From NCBI GenBank assembly GCA_044440125.1, contig JBITAJ010000012.1:249164-313163 (forward strand): a stretch of DNA of 64,000 bases. The letters are read 5' to 3'. Of this stretch, positions 58,111 through 64,000 are shown piece after piece. The notes under the pieces were generated by a model, which searched no databases, was not told the origin of the DNA, and was given only the letters and a program-made list of their open reading frames with translations. The stretch comes from Sedimentisphaeraceae bacterium JB056 (GTDB lineage Bacteria > Planctomycetota > Phycisphaerae > Sedimentisphaerales > Sedimentisphaeraceae). Numbering within the stretch: the first letter of the stretch is position 1; every line of letters begins with the position of its first letter. Both the position numbers and the translations under genes were made by a program.

Positions 58111-59886
58111 TCATTTATATTCTGCGGGATTGATGTGCCATATATCATCATCACAGCCCTGTATAGGATAGTCAAAATCGACATCATCTGTTACTGGATT
58201 AGCATGACTTTGCGTGTTGCTGCTATGATAAGGTCCGTATTGATCGCCCCAATAGTTGTTTTCCGCGTTGAGGGTAACTGAGGAAGTGTTTCTTATGGCA
58301 TAAGTAATGTTGTTGTAGATGCCGTTTGAAAGCAGTGTTGTGTCGGAAGCAGAGCCTTTTACGTCTATGCCGATCACGTTGTCGTATATGGAGTTGTTGA
58401 CCAGCACGACATCATCGGCTCCGTTTTTGATCAATACGCCTACGGTCGTCTGGCTGATGCTGTTTGCAACAAGGCAGCAGTTGTCGGATGTTTCTCTGAA
58501 TATTACGCCGTATGAACCGGCATTGCCGCTGAGGCATGCTATTGTATTGTTTTCGAGCGATGTTCTGAGTTCATAGTAGCCGTTAACGCCGGTATGCAGG
58601 TCTATGCCTATTACAAGGTCATCATTGCTTGTAATGTATGAGAGTGTATTGTTGCTGATTTTTATATCCTCAAAATCCGTTCCGCCGTTTTTGACCAATA
58701 TGCCGCACATATCAACACCTGAAGATGATGTGCCGGCGTAGCTTATGCCGGTGATGCGGTTTTTGTCTATTTTGACCGATGATACTTTCTGGTCGGATTC
58801 GAGGGTTATTACCGCATAATCAAGGCTGTTGTCTGTTACAGTCATGCCTGTGAGGATATTGTCTTCTATTGTGATGTCTTCGACGGCGTATGAAGTTCCT
58901 GACGCACTCTTGCCGACGGTGATAAGATTCTGCGTGTCATTTTCGCTGGTTGTTATGGTGAAACCTTTTATCGTTACCCCGCTGCTGCTTACACAGATAC
59001 CGCGACCTTCCACTTCGATGGTGGTTTGGTAAGGGCCGGATTGGGATTCCAGTGTCAGGGGTATATCGAGGTCGTATTCTCCAAGTGTGTGCGTACCGGC
59101 GGGTATGATTACTGTTTCGCCCTCATCAGCGAGCGAAAGGGAAGTCGTGATATTGAGGAAATCTGCCTGAACGGTCGTATATCCCGTTGTGGTCTGGTCG
59201 TAATCCACCAGCAAGCTTCCCTGGCCGCTGTGTGCAACGATCTGGCTGCCGCTTATATAGCTATTGACCGTTGATACCTGATCTCCTGCCAGAAGTAATT
59301 GGCCTTTGGTTATATTTATCAGGGCATTTGTTCCCATTGGATTTAATACTTCGATTTGCAGTGTGCCGCCGCAGATATTGATGTTTGCGGTTCCGGTTGT
59401 TGTGCCGTTGTAGGGGTCGCTGCCGAAGTATGCACCTGTGGTATCACCGTATATGTATAGCAGGCCGGAGTTTACATTTACTGTTCCGTTGTATCCGTCA
59501 CCTCCTGCTACGGTGAGGTCCCGTGTTGTGGCCGTACCGCCGTTGATGTTCAATATTCCTGTTCATGATGTATTGTTGCCCATGTACCAGTAACTATCGT
59601 TTATGAGTTCGCCTTCTATGTTTAGAGTTACGGTGCCTGAGGTGCTGTTGCAGGGGCCGAGTATCTTACGGGGTTCGACGGTTGAACCTTCTTCTATTAG
59701 GATCGTTTCGTTCGCAACATCGAGAAATACCCTGTCGTGGTATGCCGGCAGAGTATCGTAGTCCCAGTTTGCTGCTGTTGTCCAGCTTGAGTCTGCTCCT
59801 CCGCCATCCCAGTATTTATCTGCCGCGTGTGTGCAGGTGGTAGCGAGGAAAATTGATAATACGGCAATTAACGATAGTTTTGTCAT
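58111..59886 (-). pseudogene. Secreted passenger-module + right-handed parallel beta-helix protein interrupted by an in-frame TGA at 59563-59565
   Basis: GGAGG RBS and signal peptide MTKLSLIAV... at 59886. ORFs 59563..59991 and 58111..59553 are in the same frame: ...NNTS*TGILNINGG...; PbH1-like repeats and 'NNYWG'. Confidence 0.8.
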
Positions 59887-60125
59887 TACATATACCTCCG
59901 AAAATGGATAATATGGGTTGTTGTGCCGCGAGGCATGAAACCTGCGGCGTTCTTTTTTGCTGGAATGGTGAAGCCTCTTAAAATTAACCAAACACTACGA
60001 TTTATTCTGATTATATGATATTAATTTTGATAAATAAATATCACTTTATGACAAAACTCCATCATTTAACGAAACAGTATTTTATGGTTACATTGCGGAG
60101 TAGATTTAAGGGGTATATAACTTTG

Positions 60126-60153
60126 TTGACAAATTCTTCTAAACAAGTAATAT
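60126..60153 (+). promoter_or_regulatory. Putative sigma70 promoter of the hisB operon
   Basis: TTGACA-16 bp-TAATAT. Confidence 0.55.
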
Positions 60154-60199
60154 TATGTGATAAGCTATTAATGTTTACTTGTTTGGTAGGATTTATACA

Positions 60200-60784
60200 A
60201 TGGAACACAGAACCGCACAATTAGAACGCAAGACAACAGAGACGCAAATAAAGGTAGAGCTAAACCTTGATGGTAAAGGCTCTTACGATGTTGCGACGGG
60301 TGTTGGTTTTCTTGATCATATGCTTGCTCATCTGAGCAAACATAGCGGTATTGACCTCAATATACAGGCCTGCGGTGATACGCATATAGATGATCATCAT
60401 ACCGTAGAGGATGTTGGTATCTGTATCGGTCAGTGTTTTGAGAAGGCTCTGGGTGATAAACGCGGCATAGTTCGCTACGGCAACAGCAGTGTTCCTATGG
60501 AAGACGCTCTTGCTAATGTCGCTGTGGATATCAGCGGAAGGCCTTTTTGTGTTTACAATGCCGATTATCCATCCGATAAAATCGGGGCTTTCGATGTTGA
60601 GCTCATAGAGGAGTTTCTGCGTGCCTTTACTAATTCCTGCCGTATTAATCTGCATGTAAATGTTCCTTATGGCACAAATAGTCATCATATTGCGGAAGGT
60701 GTATTCAAGGCTCTTGGACGCAGTATAGGACAGGCGGTCAAGGTTAAAGGCGACCAAATTCCGAGTACGAAAGGTGTTCTGTGA
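60200..60784 (+). CDS. hisB: Imidazoleglycerol-phosphate dehydratase
   Basis: 'RKTTETQI', 'TGVGFLDHML', 'DDHHTVEDVG', 'PMED', 'NSHHIAE', 'PSTKGVL'. Confidence 0.97.
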   Translation: MEHRTAQLERKTTETQIKVELNLDGKGSYDVATGVGFLDHMLAHLSKHSGIDLNIQACGDTHIDDHHTVEDVGICIGQCFEKALGDKRGIVRYGNSSVPMEDALANVAVDISGRPFCVYNADYPSDKIGAFDVELIEEFLRAFTNSCRINLHVNVPYGTNSHHIAEGVFKALGRSIGQAVKVKGDQIPSTKGVL

Positions 60785-61293
60785 AATTTCAGGCAGATTT
60801 TGAGTACCGCAGCGGCATAGGTACGGATATACATAAGCTTGTTGAAGGGCGTAGACTGGTTCTTGGAGGTGTGAATATACCTCATCGCATGGGCTTGTTG
60901 GCTCATAGTGACGGTGATGTAGTCATACATGCCGTGATAGATGCTATCCTCGGTGCAATGTGTATGGGCGATATTGGTGAGCTTTTCCCTGATACCGATC
61001 CGCATTATGAGAATGTTGACAGCAGAAATTTGCTGTCTTTCGTTCGTGAGCTGATGGATTCGGAAAAATGGGAAATTGTGAATCTCGATATAATAATAAA
61101 GGCTCAGGAGCCTAAACTTTCTAAATATAAGCCGCAGATCAAGAGGTCAGTGGCTGATGTTGCCGGTATGAATTTCGCTAATGTGAACATAAAGGCAAAA
61201 ACTAATGAGGGGCTTGATGCTGTTGGTAACAGTGAAGCGATAGAGGCTATGGCAATCGTTTTGCTGCGTCGACGCTTGAAAAGAGGACTGTAG
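60781..61293 (+). CDS. ispF: 2-C-methyl-D-erythritol 2,4-cyclodiphosphate synthase
   Basis: 'GTDIHKL', 'HSDGDVVIHA', 'GDIGELFPD', 'IKAKTNEGL'. Confidence 0.97.
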   Translation: MKFQADFEYRSGIGTDIHKLVEGRRLVLGGVNIPHRMGLLAHSDGDVVIHAVIDAILGAMCMGDIGELFPDTDPHYENVDSRNLLSFVRELMDSEKWEIVNLDIIIKAQEPKLSKYKPQIKRSVADVAGMNFANVNIKAKTNEGLDAVGNSEAIEAMAIVLLRRRLKRGL

Positions 61294-61342
61294 GAATCGG
61301 TAATAAGTGTGGATTAATAAAAACTGATTAAGAGTTAGTGTA

Positions 61343-61966
61343 ATGGGTAAGATAATTAAAACGGTTCCGAATATACTTACAGTGTTGAGACTTGTGCTCA
61401 CAGGTTTTCTTTTTTGGATGATATGCGTATCTGATAATGTTGAAAACAGAACGTTTTTTCTCGACGTGGCTTTCGTGTTCTTTGTAATAACGGGGCTTAC
61501 GGACATTGTTGACGGGTATGTTGCAAGAAGGTTCGACGCTACCAGTAAATTTGGCAGGATAGTTGATCCTTTGGCTGATAAGATACTCATTTGCGGATCT
61601 TTTGTCTGCTTTGCGATAATCGGTCGTCCGCATTTGTTTGATTTGTCGGAAGGTACGCTTTCGATTATTCACTGGCTGCTCGTTGCCATACTCATAATTC
61701 GCGAGGCAATGGTCACAGTAATAAGGCAATACGCCGAGGATAAGGGCATAAAATTCCCTGCTTCTGTTTATGGCAAGCTGAAAATGTTTGCACAGTCTTT
61801 CGGGGTAGGTACGGTACTTGTTAAAATGAATCATCTTGAAACAGCTTTGTGGGCGAACTGGTTCACGGCTGTTGTCTTTATTATTATTATCATAACCACA
61901 GTTGTCTCAGGACTTGAGGCCGTATTCAGGCTTCTTCAGGCCCAGAAAGCCAATTGCGAGGATTGA
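61343..61966 (+). CDS. pgsA: CDP-alcohol phosphatidyltransferase (phosphatidylglycerophosphate synthase)
   Basis: 'PNILTVLR', 'TDIVDGYVARR', 'FGRIVDPLADK', 'GKLK'. Confidence 0.88.
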   Translation: MGKIIKTVPNILTVLRLVLTGFLFWMICVSDNVENRTFFLDVAFVFFVITGLTDIVDGYVARRFDATSKFGRIVDPLADKILICGSFVCFAIIGRPHLFDLSEGTLSIIHWLLVAILIIREAMVTVIRQYAEDKGIKFPASVYGKLKMFAQSFGVGTVLVKMNHLETALWANWFTAVVFIIIIITTVVSGLEAVFRLLQAQKANCED

Positions 61967-61976
61967 GGGAGTCAAA

Positions 61977-63581
61977 GTGATACAGTCTGATATAAGACGC
62001 TACCTGATCAACATAGATTCTATATCTACCAAACAGTTCTTTACAGATATTCTTGTTGTTGGCAGCGGCATTGCAGGTTTGCGGGCTGCTATAGAAGCGG
62101 CAAAGGATCACAAAGTCACTCTTGTCTGCAAGGATTCGGTGTCTAAAAGTAATACGTGGGCCGCACAGGGCGGTATTGCCGCCGTTTTAGACAAGGATGA
62201 TGATGTTGCAAACCACATATCTGACACACTCAAAACCGGATGCGGTATTTCTGATGAGGATGTTGTTGACCTTGTTGTTAAGGAATGTCCTTCACTTGTA
62301 AGACAGCTTTATCAGTGGGGTACTGGATTTGACCTTGAAGGTGATAAGCTGGCGACAACTCTTGAGGGTGGTCATTCCAGATGCCGTGTAGTGCACGCAA
62401 ATGGCGATTCTACCGGCAAGGCTATTGCTCAAACTCTTATAGATAAGGTTAGGGAGCATCCTAACGTAAAGGTTATAGAGGATTTCTATGCGGTTGATTT
62501 ACTTTCTAATGAGCAATCCCGCTGTATGGGAATTATCGGCCACCATCACGGCGAAACCGAGATAATATGGGCGGGAGCCACAATTCTTGCTACCGGCGGC
62601 GCAGGAAGGTTGTACCGAGAAACGACGAATCCTTCAATTGCGACTGCTGATGGCCTGGCTATGGCTTACAGGGCAGGTGCTGTGCTTAGGGATATGGAAT
62701 TCATGCAATTTCATCCTACGACACTTTACATCGCAGGCGCATCGCGTGCATTGATCACAGAGGCTCTCAGGGGAGAGGGCGGCATTCTTGTTGACTGTAA
62801 CGGTGATGCTTTTATGTCAGATTACGACAAGGCTGCAGAGCTTGCTCCGAGGGATATTGTGAGCAGGGCCATAGTAAGCCAATTGCAGAAAACCAACTCT
62901 ACCCATGTGTTCCTTGATGTGAGATATTTCGAGAAAGGCTTCTTTGAGAAGCGTTTTCCTTATATATACAGCCTTTGCAGAAGTTTTGATATAAACCCAG
63001 AAACCGATCTTATTCCGGTAAGACCCAGCGCGCATTATATGATTGGTGGTGTTAAGACTGATCTTGATGCGAGAACTACTGTTCCGGGGCTTTATGCTTG
63101 TGGTGAAGCAGCCTCTACGGGTTTGCATGGTGCTAATCGGCTTGCGAGCAATTCACTGGCCGAGGGCTTGGTATTTGGTCAGATAGCCGGTCAGAGGGCT
63201 TCTGAAGAAATAGATTCAGAACCGTCTTTCAAGAAGATTAAGTATACGATTAAGCAGTCCGACAGAAGCTTGCTTGACACTTCGGATGTGCGTAATTCTT
63301 TGCGTGCAGTCATGTGGCGAAATGTTGGAATTAATCGAAAAGAACAACACCTTTCAGATACGCAGGAGATAATAGGATTCTGGCAACGATACGTAATGGA
63401 TAAAGTGTTTGATAAGCCTGAAGGTTGGGAGTGTCAGAACATGCTTACCGTTTCGAGATTGATAGCCAGAGCTGCTCAGATGCGTAAAGAGAGCCGCGGC
63501 GTTCATTTCCGTGATGATTATCCGGAGCGAAATGACGCAGAATATTCCCGTCATATTGAATTGAGCTGCGCTGAGCTATAG
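61977..63581 (+). CDS. nadB: L-aspartate oxidase
   Basis: 'VGSGIAGL', 'AQGGIAA', 'EGGHS', 'QFHPT', 'TEALRGEG', 'GLHGANRLASNSL', 'ESRGVHFR'; GTG start at 61977 after GAGGGAG. Confidence 0.95.
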   Translation: MIQSDIRRYLINIDSISTKQFFTDILVVGSGIAGLRAAIEAAKDHKVTLVCKDSVSKSNTWAAQGGIAAVLDKDDDVANHISDTLKTGCGISDEDVVDLVVKECPSLVRQLYQWGTGFDLEGDKLATTLEGGHSRCRVVHANGDSTGKAIAQTLIDKVREHPNVKVIEDFYAVDLLSNEQSRCMGIIGHHHGETEIIWAGATILATGGAGRLYRETTNPSIATADGLAMAYRAGAVLRDMEFMQFHPTTLYIAGASRALITEALRGEGGILVDCNGDAFMSDYDKAAELAPRDIVSRAIVSQLQKTNSTHVFLDVRYFEKGFFEKRFPYIYSLCRSFDINPETDLIPVRPSAHYMIGGVKTDLDARTTVPGLYACGEAASTGLHGANRLASNSLAEGLVFGQIAGQRASEEIDSEPSFKKIKYTIKQSDRSLLDTSDVRNSLRAVMWRNVGINRKEQHLSDTQEIIGFWQRYVMDKVFDKPEGWECQNMLTVSRLIARAAQMRKESRGVHFRDDYPERNDAEYSRHIELSCAEL

Positions 63582-63672
63582 AATAAAATCATTTTAAAGT
63601 GTACTTAATGGTATCTATAGTGTGTTTTCTCTTTATATTTTGAAAAACTTGTTAAAAAACTGATATTAGGTA

Positions 63673-63700
63673 TTGACGTTGTGGTTTAATTACATATAAT
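63673..63700 (+). promoter_or_regulatory. Stable-RNA promoter P1
   Basis: TTGACG-16 bp-TATAAT followed by a GC-rich discriminator (TCCCCGC), with an AT-rich upstream region. Confidence 0.8.
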
Positions 63701-63800
63701 TCCCCGCTCACTCGTTAGTGAAGTTTGCAATTTCTTTTTCGGGTGTTTTTTTGTGCCATGTTGCTGCGATAAAAAAAGTTGAAAACTTGTAAAAAATCGC

Positions 63801-63828
63801 TTGACTGGCGGCGTTAAATCGCTATTAT
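63801..63828 (+). promoter_or_regulatory. Stable-RNA promoter P2
   Basis: TTGACT-16 bp-TATTAT with A-tracts upstream. Confidence 0.75.
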
Positions 63829-63863
63829 GTTTCTTCTGTCGTTTTAGGCAGAGACTGATATAA

Positions 63864-63875
63864 GTTCTTTAATAA
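63864..63875 (+). promoter_or_regulatory. boxA-like antitermination element
   Basis: GTTCTTTAATAA resembles rrn boxA (GCTCTTTAACA); a second copy GTTCTTTAAG lies at 63924-63933. Confidence 0.6.
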
Positions 63876-63937
63876 AAACTGAATATAAGCCGATAAAAAT
63901 GAGTCTTGGGCTTTAGTCCTTAGGTTCTTTAAGGTTT

Positions 63938-64000
63938 GGGCTCATAGCTCAGCCGGCTAGAGCGTTCGCCTGATAAGCGAGAGGTCGGAGGTTCGAGTCC
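63938..64000 (+). tRNA. tRNA-Ile(GAU), 3' truncated by the window edge
   Basis: GGGCTCA-TAGCTCAG...AGAGC, anticodon arm TTCGC-CTGATAA-GCGAG (GAT), T-loop GGTTCGAGTCC. Confidence 0.95.

Noticed and set aside
59520..59565. Selenocysteine recoding of the in-frame TGA
   Set aside because: The position is Gly-like in a structural repeat, not a redox Cys site, and I see no convincing SECIS hairpin downstream
59897..59911. TCCGAAAATGGATA resembling the first half of the regulon box
   Set aside because: Wrong orientation for the adjacent gene, overlaps its RBS, and has no second half-site 21 bp away
14965..61976. Longer ORF-track starts (14965, 23250, 29200, 56098, 59991, 60179, 61902)
   Set aside because: Downstream starts fit the RBS, signal peptide or family N-terminus better
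1..64000. Numerous 60-250 aa ORFs antisense to or out of frame within the long genes (e.g. 24879..25637, 27590..28321, 35812..36510, 46694..47404)
   Set aside because: They lie on top of well-supported genes and show no recognisable motifs; treated as shadow ORFs
1..64000. CRISPR array, integrase, transposase or prophage genes
   Set aside because: No regularly spaced repeat-spacer array and no recombinase or phage motifs were seen

Overview
A bacterial chromosome segment that looks like a planctomycete of the class Phycisphaerae (Sedimentisphaerales-like). This is inferred from dockerin-like tags, a prepilin/H-X9-DG protein, Tat sulfatases and GLUG-repeat proteins. From left to right: (1) 1-11247: the end of a GLUG-repeat surface protein, then a Wzy-type polysaccharide export operon (Wzc, Wza, Wzy/WaaL-like, Wzx) headed by an unexplained nucleotidyltransferase + phosphodiesterase pair. 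(2) About 11300-51478: a ~40 kb SusC/D-free polysaccharide utilisation locus with 3 GH16, 2 GH98-like, a GH86-like, a clan GH-A enzyme, a five-bladed propeller GH, 3 sulfatases, 2 SGNH esterases, a nucleoside hydrolase, a Na+/solute symporter, an FAD oxidoreductase, a pilin-like protein and a large non-catalytic surface protein. An inverted AAA/DUF4143 gene interrupts it. Four of its transcription units share a gapless 41-bp upstream motif (direct repeat, 21-bp period) abutting the -35 box, which points to a regulon of an AraC/XylS-type activator encoded outside the window. Several secreted proteins show nested or circularly permuted domains. (3) 51.7-57 kb: AT-rich orphan ORFs with GGGGACAG inverted repeats, a ferric-reductase-like gene, MscS and a formate/nitrite transporter. 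(4) A minus-strand beta-helix gene broken by one in-frame TGA, plus a BNR/sialidase-like gene. (5) hisB-ispF-pgsA-nadB, then rrn-type tandem promoters and boxA leading directly into tRNA-Ile with no 16S gene. All product calls come from motif recognition by eye; no database search was run.
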